A DNA stretch of 61,988 nt, the filler included, from Porpidia crustulata (lineage: Eukaryota), in NCBI GenBank assembly GCA_964255105.1. It is 8 parts of 8 records of this genome, joined end to end, with 100 filler letters (N's around TTAATTAATTAA, not from the genome) between each part and the next. Parts side by side here need not be neighbours in the genome. Positions count along the whole stretch, not along the records: positions 31,084 to 38,738 come from CAXUWE010001267.1; positions 38,839 to 46,493 come from CAXUWE010001268.1; positions 46,594 to 54,243 come from CAXUWE010001269.1; 5 more parts are not named here. The stretch is one strand, 5' to 3'. Numbering within the stretch: the first letter of the stretch is position 1; each line of letters starts with the position of its first letter. A program made the position numbers and the translations under genes. Of the stretch, positions 36,727-48,184 are shown piece by piece. The notes under the pieces are model-generated. The model was not told the origin of the DNA. It ran no database searches and worked only from the letters and a program-made list of their open reading frames with translations.

Positions 36727-38736
36727 ATGTCAATTGTACTTGTCGAACCAGCCTACAATTCATCGTGGCTGGTCGAGATGTTTTATCCTCTTTTTTCGCA
36801 AAGTCGTGAGTGGCTCGCGATTCGTAAAGAGAAGCTTGTCTTCAAAAGACATATCTCGCTTTTCTCTGATGGCCTTGAGATTCCACGAACCAAACGCATC
36901 CCGTTTCTGATATTTCTCACGCTGGGCGTTGGAGGGTCAGTCGCTGAGTCCTCAGTATGAACCATCTCACTGACCTAATCACTCTAAGCCTGCAAGGAAT
37001 CTTCTCTGTTCAATTCTCGAATGGCTCAGTATGCTTCTCTGTTCAAGCCTTTTACAAACTTGACTGAGGTTGCTGTTATAGCCATACTTGCTCTCTCTTG
37101 GATTTGGCAAATCTCTCATGGGTCTCGTCTGGGCAGCAGGACCCCTTGCCGGAGCATTCGGACAGTCTTACTTTGGAATCTATAGCGATCAGTGTCGTCT
37201 CCCGTGGGGCAAGCGAAGACCCTTTATAGTTGTTGGCGCAATGTCTATCATCATCTTCCTACTTGCACTCGCATGGGTAAAGGAAATTGTATATGTTGGT
37301 GTTAGGTTTATGTGGATAGGCGGAGATCCTGGCTTGGTACAGAATGCAACATTGGTCCTAGCGACGGTGTGCATTTACGGGCTGAATCTCGCAATCCAGC
37401 CTGTTCAAGGTGGTTTACGGGCTTTGATCGTGGATAGCTGCCCCACGAACCAACTAGATCATGCAAACGCTTGGGCGGCTCGGATGACTGGTATATTCAA
37501 CCTACTTTGCTACGGTATTGGATTCGTCAACCTTCCGAGGTATCTGCCCTTCTTGGGTCACACGCAGTTCCAGATCCTCTGTCTGTTTGCCTCTGCGAGC
37601 CTAGCTCTTACGATTGCAGCGACTTGCTACTCAATCGAAGAGAGAGACCCGAGCAACGATGGCCCTCCCGATCCAAAATTGATATCCATAGCCGGTAAAT
37701 TAAGGCATGTTCGCTCAAGCTTTGCCCGGATGCCTCCACAGGTAATGAGGGTGTGCAAAGCGCAATTTGCAGCTTGGTCGGCGTGGTTCTTGTTCCTCTA
37801 TTACATTACAACGTGAGTTATTAGAACCTGAACAGTGCGGTCTTCTGGGAAACTCGCTAATGCTGGTACCCTCTTTAGATACGTCGGTCAAATCTGTACG
37901 AGCTATTTCATTTATAGCCCTTTACCCTTATACCTCACTCTTATCATGAAGGTTAGCCTTGAAACTGACATGTACTAGACGTCAAGGAAACACTAGCCGC
38001 AGAACCCTCAATGTCCATCGCCAAGCGGCAATTCATCGACGAAGAAGCTACCCGAAGAGGTTCCTTTGCACTACTCATGTTCGCCCTCGTCTCACTCCTC
38101 ACCGGCACGTTAGCCCCCTTTTTAGTCCCTCACCGACATCCAAAAACTCCTTACTACCCCTCGAAAACCCCCCGATGCTCCCTCCGCGCCCTCTGGCTCC
38201 TCTCCCACCTCATATTCGCCATCTGCATGTTCAGCACCCTCTTCATCACCACCGTCACCGGCACCACCATCCTCGTCTCCCTCGTCGGTATCCCTTGGGC
38301 CCTGACCTGCTGGGTCCCCTACGCCCTCATCAGCACCGAACTCTCCGCCCGTAACGCCCGCAAACCACTCCCCGACGGCCTCTCTCCCACCATCGTCCAG
38401 CACGAGTGCGAGACCCAGCCCGGCATCATCGTCGGCCTGCACAACATGGCCATCGCCGTCCCTCAGCTCGTCGCCACACTCGCCAGCAGCCTCCTGTTCT
38501 GGATCCTGCGCCGCCCCAACGATGACGTACTCGTTGTCGACGACAGCATCGGCTGGGTGCTCCGTGCCGGCGGCGTTGCGGCGCTGGCGGCCTTGTACAT
38601 GACGGGCAAAGTGCATGAGTCCGAGGGCACGGGCACGGGCGACGTGGAGGCGCGGTTCGAAGCCACTGGGGAGGAGGATCTGACGTCGCTGTTGGAGATG
38701 GAGACGGTGGAACCACGGCCGATTGCGTGGGAATGA
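36727..38736 (+). CDS. Sut1-like GPH/MFS sucrose / alpha-glucoside transporter, multi-exon; start uncertain (36727 or 36778)
   Basis: LTLGVGG/LQGIFSVQFSNGS/PYLLSLG, VWAAGPLAG, SDQCRLPWGKRRPF, RALIVD, GIPWALTCWVPYALI, GLHNMAIAVPQ. Confidence 0.9.
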
Positions 38737-39232
38737 ATNNNNNNNNNNNNNNNNNNNNNNNNNNNNNNNNNNNNNNNNNNNNTTAATTAATTAANNNNNN
38801 NNNNNNNNNNNNNNNNNNNNNNNNNNNNNNNNNNNNNNATGGTAGGGAAGGGGTGAATTGGATTGGATTGGAAGAAGGGGTTGTGGATGGGGGATACGAG
38901 AGAGAGGATGAGAGAGTGAGAGAAGGCGAAAGTGTGGAAGTGAAGCGAGGGTTGGGTTTTGTGGGTGCGCTTGTGTGGGGCTGATGGCGTGAGATTGGGA
39001 TGGTTCGCATGATGACGGGTTGCGGATTTTTGTTAGCCTTTGGCCAGAGATGCACATGACACATACGAGTATATTGATAACTGCTACAAAAGCAACCGAT
39101 GGTATAGTACAGACATCGGGATTTTAGTGTACAATACTCGTACCTTCTATCATCTAAAGCGAGTCGAAGGACAGAATACACATACAGCCGCTGAGCAAAA
39201 AAGCCTCCTTTTCCCTCCCAAACGCACCTGAT

Positions 39233-41232
39233 CTAATGCAACCCGCTGTCACCCGTCGCAGCCATGTGTTTCTGGCACTCGACCATCATCTCCACCTGCT
39301 TGCCTACCTCACCCAGGCGCCCAAGCACGTCCTTGTTCCCGTCCACGAATCCCAGGATCTTGTACTCAATACCCGTGTCCCTGCAGAATTCCCGCACAAG
39401 CGCCTGCAGCCTCCTGAGGTTGTGCCTCGGCACCCGCGGGAACAGGTGATGCACGGCCTGGAACTGCAGGCCGCCGTGGACGAAGTCGAACCAGGCGGGG
39501 CAATCGACGTCCATGGTGGTGCGCAGTTGGCGCTGGGGGAAGGACTCGGCGTCGCCGAGGTCGGCGGTGGGCATGCTCCAGTGGGAGAGGGTAATTTGGA
39601 CGTGCAGGGGCATGGTGATGATATGTGAGACCAAGACGAAGGCGACGCGGAGGGTCCAGGTTGGAATGCTGCGCCAGAGGAGGCAGTAGCCGAAGAGGAA
39701 CCAGTAGCAGCACATAAATGCAATTTCTACCGAGCGAGTCCAAGATGCGGAACCGAGGTTCGTGCTGCGGCGGGAGAGTAGATGGCCCCAAGAAAGAATG
39801 TATAGGTTGAAGCGGGCGATGCACATAATAGGATAGTAGGTGTAGGCTTGGTAGGGAACGGCGAGTTCGGCGAACTTATCCCAGATGTAGGTGAAGTTGT
39901 AGTAAGAGGAGTGTAGGTTGCGGAGGAACGAGGGAGATGTGGCGAAGAGTGGGACGTTCTGAATATCCGGGTCGTGTTCAGGATGATTGGTGATTAAGTG
40001 GTGGACGTTATGACTACTTTTCCACCAGCCGATAGATAAGCCGCAGCAAAAGTCGGCGATGAACATGCCGATTAAGGTATCGGCAACGAAATTGTGGGTT
40101 ATGCCACGATGACCAGCATCGTGGGCGGTGAACATGATTTGATGCTGTGATTGTCAGATGGGGCTGGGGAGTGGGGTTATGGAGACATACCCAGAAGAAT
40201 CCGAGGAAGGCAGCAGAGGTCATGTACCATCCATAATGTAGGCTGACCAAGAAGACCGAGAAGAGTGCCGCATATCGAACGGCTTCTTTCGCGTACTCGC
40301 CATACCGGCAGTCGTAGAAGCCTTCAATCTTTACCCTCTGATGTAATGCTTGATACTTGCGAGTGATGTCCCGCTGCGTGGCCGCATCGAGAAACGGGTA
40401 TTCTCTGACGTTATCGTCAATCTCTTTCTGTATGACAGATGAGACGTAGGCTGTCGGGCACTGATGGCCTGTCGGGATGGATACTGGGGTTGTGTAGCTT
40501 TCAATTGAATAGGAACTTGTCGGCGCGCTATCCTCGGAATGCAAGACATCGGTTTGCGACGTGACGGAATCTCTCAATCGATCAATGGTATTACCACTTC
40601 TCGAAAAGAGCGATTTGCCAAGGTCTCCTCGGACATTGGGGGTGATGGAGCTCTTAATGGTATCGACACTGGTAGAACTTGAATTTGAAGAAGCAACACT
40701 GGAGTCAACATCCTCCTCTTCGGAACTACTAGCTGCTTCGTCGTCCCCAAGCTGTCTGTATATGCCTCCTCTTATTGGTGGTGCGAAGTTGACCCATGGC
40801 GAATCTATCCGGCCTATCCGGTATTTGCTCATCAACCGCAGCGTTGGCGCCGAATGATATCTGCAGGTACACCAACATTTGTCAGCCGACTATGATCAGT
40901 CAACACGGCTGTGACCAACCACGTGCGACCCAATGTCCAAATAAGCTTGTTTTTAGTCCACCAATTGTGCGATGTCAATTGCAACTTACTAAGACTTTAC
41001 CAGGTCAAGAGAAGTCTGCGTATAACCTGACGGATGTGGAATGGAGTAGTTACACTGATATCTCATCCGTGGCATCTCTTCCCACCATGTGTAGTACCGC
41101 AAGCTTTCCACCTGGATGCTTGTCCAACCATCCATCCAGCTGCAAGACCCTTCCTTCCTGGATGACAATAATGTGTCCATCTGCAATCAATCCTTCAACC
41201 TCTCGCCTGGAAAAGGTTCTATTACGATTCAT
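39233..41232 (-). CDS. SLD1: Delta-8 sphingolipid desaturase with cytochrome b5 domain, 3 exons
   Basis: HPGG...GRDATDE; His boxes HDAGH, HNVHH and QAVHHLFP; HDPDIQ. Confidence 0.93.
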
Positions 41233-42518
41233 AGTGATGTTGAAATGAAATGCTGGAAAGAAGGAAAGAAGGGAGGTAATGAAAAAGTTGAAAGAAGTGG
41301 GGAAAAGGTGAAGTGCAGCATTGTGGCCGTCCGTTGGGGAAAGTGAATGATTTTCTTCTTCGGGGGAGTGGGAGATTGGTGGGCTAAAAGCGTACGAGTG
41401 CAAGAGCTTCCTGAGTACGTGGGTGTGGCGATCCAATAAAGACGCGCACCACCAGAGAACAAATGCTAAGGTACGATGCTAAGACATTGGACAGCCCGAA
41501 GCGTCGTCGTACCCCCATACGGACTACGAGGCCACATAGCCCCAATTTCCTTCTGATGTGTACGACGCTTATTTAGGCGACTGCGATTGGATCGTGTTCT
41601 CGCATGCGCGATGATCTCAGATATAAGGAGGGGAATATGGGAGAAACGAACAACGGATCACTAAGTCTCCATGGGATGACGGAACCAACAATGCCACATT
41701 ACTATCACCGAAGAGTCTACATTCAAACTCGTCAATAATGTCAATCAATGCTGCTGATGCTGATGCTACATCGAATTCACAATTTCCTAGTTATCGTTCA
41801 ATATTTGAGCTTTACCTGTGTACGCGATGTGCATGAAAACTCAAAAGGGGAGATCGATCTCACAGAAAACCGCATCGATTTGTCCCCTGATGAATCCTGG
41901 TTGGACCCTGAGACCCTGCCGTCATACTAACGCACGTTAATCTTCTCTAGCGGCGGAAAAGAGTCCGGCTGCTACGACGACTAAACTACTTGGGGACATT
42001 AGTGACATTGTGGGGCCGATAGCAGCCGAGGCTGCTCTGTTCTAGACCTCCCCTCAACATCTCGCTCCTCCCCAACTGCCCATGGATGGCGACTACCTCG
42101 TTGATAGCAGATCATCAACCACTCCAGAAGACGGCCATTTCCGATCGACCATGGCGAAAATGGAAGGTGCAGTGGGAAGATGGATTTTCCTGACGTAGTG
42201 CCGTTTGGGCGGCGTAATTGAAGCGCGCTCAGAATTAGACCGTTGATTCAATTAATTCGTCGGCATTTTGTATCATGTCGACTCCCGGCCTGCCGCAAAA
42301 ACTATTCACAGAGTGTGCCGACGATTTCTGCAGCACGTGTCGAGTTGCGCTGCTGGAGCTTGTGAGCACGTATATACCAGAATGAGCACCGTTGGCCCTG
42401 TCGAGCAAAACCAGCTAGCTTCCTGAGCAGCTTTGTTGGCACCCAGGATTGCTTATGAGCTCTGTCAATCGTATTGGGATTGCCGTATTTACGGTATGTG
42501 CTTTCTGCACATGAGCGG

Positions 42519-44200
42519 TCAAACAAGTTTTCGAGTGAATCTTGCCAATGCTGGTCCAAGGTCCGCTTCACTCTTCTCATTCCGAGTCTTGGCTGCCTTG
42601 TTCTGTGCAATGCGAAGGGCATCGATCTTAAGTCGTTGTTCATCGATGATGTTCCTCTTTCCTTTCTTTCTCAGATACTTGCGTAGGCTGCTATTCTTGC
42701 CTCTTCCTCGATTATTGATCTTATCCATTGGGTCTTCAGGCTTTCGGTCCAGATCTGCTTCCTTTTTGCGTGTCTCTGCCGAGGCCAGGTCAAGATTGCC
42801 GACATATTCCGGATTTAGCGATATCATCTCCGGTTGCAGTTTGTTCAGTAGCGCCTTTACTTCTCCTTCTTGCCGCTGCTTCGTCGTTTCATACGGATTG
42901 ATTTCCAAGGCATCAAAGTTGGGCTCACCAGCCCCTGGGATAATGATGCTGGAAAATCCCTGATCATGGGAAATACCAAGTACGTCTTCAAACGGACACC
43001 ATCGGACACGTTCTATTCGTTTCCCTTCTCCTGCCCAACCCATGTAGGGTGCTTGCATCTTTTCTTGGTCGTCTTTGGATTTGTCAAAGAGTCCCTTCCA
43101 GATAGAAGTTTGCGTACCCCACCCAATGGCCGTCAAACCTCGATCGCTTATAGAAATTGAGGAGCCTGGCTGACGTAGAAAGTAATTATTCACTTCCCGG
43201 AACATTCGAATATCCCACACGGCCATCTTGAGATCTTGGCCTGCGGAGACAATATACCGTCCTTCTCGATCAACCGCTATCGTACGTACCGGGCCTCGAT
43301 GTGCCAGTAACTTCACAAGCGGCGTGGTTGAGTTCGGTGACCACAGTGTTACTGTTCCGTTCTGATGTCCAACATTCAATATTGCATTTTGAGGGTTTTG
43401 CCCAAGAGATGTTGGTGTCCCTTGTTTGGTCGGGATCTCCGTGAGGGTTTGGCCCGTAGAAGTATCGGTATACTTTAGATAACCGGCATTGCCCTGAGAA
43501 TATCAGTCTTCGGCTAGCTTCCGGTCAAAAGTCTATGACTTACAACTGTAGCTAGCAAGAAATGGTAGGGGAGAAATTCCATATTTGTAACCTCGATATG
43601 TTTCTGAAGACAATGCAATTCGAGTCCTGCGTGATCGTATATGTAGACATACTTCTTCTGTGCAACAGCAAAATATTGATCGTTGTGTAACCACTTGGCA
43701 TCTCTGATTGTCTGTTGTAGTTGTAGCTCGCATCCTAATTCGCCGCCTCTCCACTCCATTGTAGAGATATGGCCCTTTTTTCCAGCCAGGAGAAGTCCTC
43801 TACCATTCCTAGTATAATCTGCTGTATAAGGTCCTAAGCCGTCTAATTGGAGCTCGAAGTGTTTGCTTGCCGTCTCGACGGCCAAGTCTTTTCGTAAATC
43901 ATCTTGCCGGACCTTGTACGTTCTTTCAAGCTCTCCTTCCGGTTCCAAGTACCCAGACTCATTCTCAAGCAGGATCTCTGCATCTTTGGCCTTGAGGGTG
44001 GCGTCTTTGTACTTGTACTCAAGAGCTTTCAGATTGCCTCGTAGTTTCTTGTCTTTTACGTTTCGAAGGGAGACCTGGCGCCCTCGTCCGTACGTCTTTT
44101 GCGCCTCGCTTGCGCGACGCTGGGCTTCCGCTACTTCGACACTGTGTGGCTGGCGTAAGGATATTGGGCTTACTATTTTCTGTACGGCGGTCGAAGCCAT
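42519..44200 (-). CDS. UTP7: U3 snoRNP WD40/BING4CT protein Utp7
   Basis: FAVAQKKYVYIYD, LPYHFLLAT, GTVTLWSPN, PFEDVLG, PGAGEPNFDALEINPYET; one intron near 43494-43542. Confidence 0.93.
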
Positions 44201-44455
44201 TGTGATCTCTGCTCGCACTTTCTCACTTCTTGGCAAAAGAACCAATACTAGTTCCTGAGGCGGTCGGATTTAAGCCGGACTCGGAAGGTATTTTTCAGCC
44301 CTACTACCACAGCGCCAAGATTTCACCCTCGCTTAAAGAATTTTGTCTCGCACTGATGTGAGGACCACGAGGTTCAGTACGCAGATACCCGAGACTGATT
44401 TGGTGTTCTTATCAAAGTGGCTTCCATACCATTCAGATTCAAGGCTGGTGGAAGC

Positions 44456-46493
44456 ATGGCTCCCTTGACGGAGACTCACTCTCACCGTAATACTACGAAG
44501 AATTTACAGAAGCCTTTCAAGTCACGGCATGCCACTAAAGGTTTCATCAAGGATCTATCCAAAGGTAAAGTTGAGGATGGTACAAGAGGTAATCGAAAGA
44601 CGCCACATCAACAAGTCATGTCCAAGATAGATCGGCGACATCAAGCGTCACAAAAGCGACAAGTCAAGCATCAAGAAAACACCAAGTTTGCGAGTGTCTT
44701 CTCAGGCCAGAATGGCGCACCACGTATTGTTGCTGTCGTGCCTCTATGCAAGGATGGTGATGTTACAGCAGCTATCGAAGCTCTAAGCCGGTCTGTTGGA
44801 TCTGGGACCTCCACTTCAGCTCAAGGCCAGGTACGGGTCAGGATAGATAGGTTCAAACAGAATATGATCTATCTGCCAGTAGAGTATGAGTTGTTCACAG
44901 CGCTCGATGCTTGTAGATCTGCGGATTTTATCATTTTTCTCCTTTCGCCGTCCGAAGAGCCCGATGAAAAAGGGGAGGTCCTGCTAAAGGCGATTGAAAG
45001 CCAAGGCATATCAAATGTCTTGACAATGGTGCAGGGCCTTGATAAGATCGAGCCACCCAAAAGGCGTCTTCAGGTCGTGACTTCGCTCAAGTCATACATT
45101 ACTCACTTCTTTCCAGCTCAAGAGAAGATACATTCTCTTGGTTCGGAACGAGAGTGCGCCAATGTTATTCGCTCTCTTTGTACCACAACGCCAAAAGGCG
45201 TGAAGTGGCGAGAAGATCGAAGTTGGATGCTAGTCGAAGATGTTGTATGGCCAGCGATGACTGACAGAAACGAGGAAATGGGTGGAGTGATCGTCACAGG
45301 CGTAGTGCGTAGTAAAGCGCTGAAAGCCAATAGGCTTGTGCAGGTTGGGGACTGGGGTCAATTCCAGATTGAGAAAATTACAGATGCATCATTACCTACA
45401 TCGAAAAAAAGAAAAGCAGATGAAATGGCTATCGACGTAGAGTCTAAAGAAGAAATGATATTGGAGGTGCCGGATCAAGACCAGGACGACTTGGCAGAAC
45501 TTGCCCCTTACGATATTACTATGGATGATATCGGCGATTCGGTAGTGTCTGAGACACGGACAGAGAAGCGAGGCGTGCTGTTAGATGACCATCATTATTT
45601 TTCAGATGACGAAACGCACCTACCAGAGGCTCCAAAACGATTACCTAAGGGCACTTCGAATTACCAGTCTGCTTGGTTTCTCGGAGATAAGTCGGATTCC
45701 GGCTCAGACGTTGAGGATGCACTAGATGACGAGGGTGATCAAGCTATGGACGCACCTGCTCTTCCACAGGATGGGCTTGAATTCCTAGACCAGACAATCC
45801 AGCAAGATCCAACTGAAGTGGCTCCTTCTGAATATCCGCAATCCGAGATGTTTTCAGATCCATCTCCAGATGAGGAAGCGGCCCAACTAGAAGAGTATAG
45901 ATCGCAGCGAAAGAACGAGGCAGAAGAAGATCTAGAATTTCCAGATGAGATTGAGCTTCATCCCAATGTTTTGGCGCGGGAAAGACTGGCTAGATACAGG
46001 GGTTTGAAAAGTCTCAAGACAAGTCACTGGGAGACTGCCGAGGATAGAGCACATGAGCCGGAAGATTGGAATAGATTGCTCCAAGTACCCGACTATAAAA
46101 GTGCCAAGAAACAAGCCCTCAGGGACACGATTGCCGGTGGCATCCAACCCGGAAGACGAATAAATGTCCATCTACGGAACGTTCCCCTCAACCTCCAGAA
46201 ATCCCACGATCCCAGCAAGCCACTGGCACTCTTCTCCAACCTCCGTCACGAGCACAAACGTGCAGTCGTCAACTTCAGCATCACCCTGCGCTCCAACCAT
46301 CCAACCCCCATCAAATCCAAAGAAGAACTCATCCTCCAATGCGGTCCCCGCCGTTTCCTAATCAACCCCCTCTTCTCCCAAACCGGCAATACCCCCAACA
46401 ACGTCCATAAATTCCAGCGCTACCTCCACCCGGGCCAAACCGCCATGGCCACCTTCATCGCCCCCCTAACCTGGGGCTCCACCCCCTCCCTCT
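44456..46493 (+). CDS. TSR1: Pre-40S ribosome biogenesis protein Tsr1, 3' end truncated
   Basis: KPFKSRHATKG, PKGVKWREDRSW, LEFPDEIELHP, ARERLARYRGLKSLKTS, KSKEELILQCGPRR, NNVHKFQRY. Confidence 0.95.
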
Positions 46494-46593
46494 NNNNNNN
46501 NNNNNNNNNNNNNNNNNNNNNNNNNNNNNNNNNNNNNTTAATTAATTAANNNNNNNNNNNNNNNNNNNNNNNNNNNNNNNNNNNNNNNNNNNN

Positions 46594-47371
46594 AGTTGGC
46601 GGTCAGTGAATACGGGGCTGAGATGGAATGTTGCCATGCCATGTGCTGGCTGTGGAGGGGAGAGGACGGGTTGTGGATGGCGTAGCGATGGAGCACGTAG
46701 GTAAGTATCTGAAGTATGGTCAGTATCGGCGCGCAGTTTCGTGATATCTGTCGCGATGGGCATACCTCGCGGAAAAGCAAGCCCCGGAGTAGGTCAACCC
46801 CAACTCCCCAAGGCATTGGAATAGCGTGGGTCACCTTCAGCGCGCTTCGGGTGTGGAGGACTTCAGTCAGAAGGATTTCGACGCCCGCCTGTAGAGCGAC
46901 ACCAAGGAGGATATTCCCAAGGCTGACAAGAGTAATCTTCCACCATCGACCCTTGATACCCCCATGGTCTTCCCTCAATGGTAGCGCATCATCGCCGTGC
47001 TCCTTGATCTTGACAGCCAGAGATGGCACCGCGCTATCGAACAGCAAAAAGCCAATCGAGGGCAAGATACAGAACAGAACGCGAATTGCGAGTGTACCGA
47101 TGAGCTCGACTTTTAGCGGAGAATGGGAGAGTATGAGAGTGGTCCATGTCAAGTAGAAGAGAAGCAAGTTCAGCGACGTCGAATAGGATGAGAAGAACGG
47201 AACCAGCAGGAAGCCTACAGTGGGGACCGAATGTAGGACATCAATCGGTTTCTTGATAAGATCGTATGGGTAGCGAACAGAGAACCAGACACGGTCCAAC
47301 AGCGACGGTTGTGGAACTCGTAATAGGACGCGATCAAGCCACGAAGGCTGTGAAGCTTGAAAGATATTCAT
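46594..47371 (-). CDS. Fatty-acid hydroxylase / sterol desaturase family membrane protein, 3' end truncated
   Basis: SSYSTSLNLLLFYLTWTTL, several TM segments, RE/ILTYVLHRYAIH...HMAWQHS His boxes. Confidence 0.75.
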
Positions 47372-48184
47372 CGAGGTTGCTTGATACCATACATATATAT
47401 AGAGATTGAACGCAAGCATCCAGAGTTAGGAGAGTTGCAGACCAGCGAGAAACGAGGCTACTGCTGCCGCAGGAGAGCTAGGAAATAAACAACCAATGGG
47501 AAGCTTCTTCGATATCTAGCCATCGTGATCGACTTTCGACACTCATTTGACATTCAAAACCAGATTGTATGCGCCGCGACAGTAATGACAATAGTTTTTT
47601 CATAGGGATCTAAAGACAACATGTGGTCGTAGAGCAAGCATTTTATGGTAGAGCAGGCAGATGTAGGTACTGTACTCATGCCCGACCGGCATTTTGACCA
47701 AAACAGTACCAAAATCTGTGCGCTTACAGCGCGGGGATCTGACTGTTCAGTATCATTGTTCCCGGAGTCTTTTATTTCAAAGAGAGCTTCGTTGAATTTG
47801 GAGTACATGTCAAGGAATGCAGAGAGGAATCGACCCAGAGTCTTCCACCCGTCTCGAATCGGAGATTGGCTGACTAAACCAATCGTGGCGCTCTAGCTCT
47901 CAATCTGGTGATCCTTGCTCAGATTGATCGACCTTGAAGGAGATCTGCTAAGTATTCCGTATTCTACCTTCTATATACGTTATCCACGATGCCATCGGAT
48001 GCTGCTTGTTTAAGAGATTGGTATCGAATCCGTTGCTAGTCCGGCTCCAAACAAATTGATACCGAACATGGTATACGATCTCGGCCCTTAGATGCCCCAT
48101 TAGGGCCAGGGGAAGTTACCCTGCAGAAGTGGGACTGCGAATTTGTTTGGTATTCCGTGGACGGACGTACCATTCACCACGAGA

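Noticed and set aside
36727..41232. Sugar transporter and desaturase as a functional pair
   Set aside because: They are separated by a contig linker.
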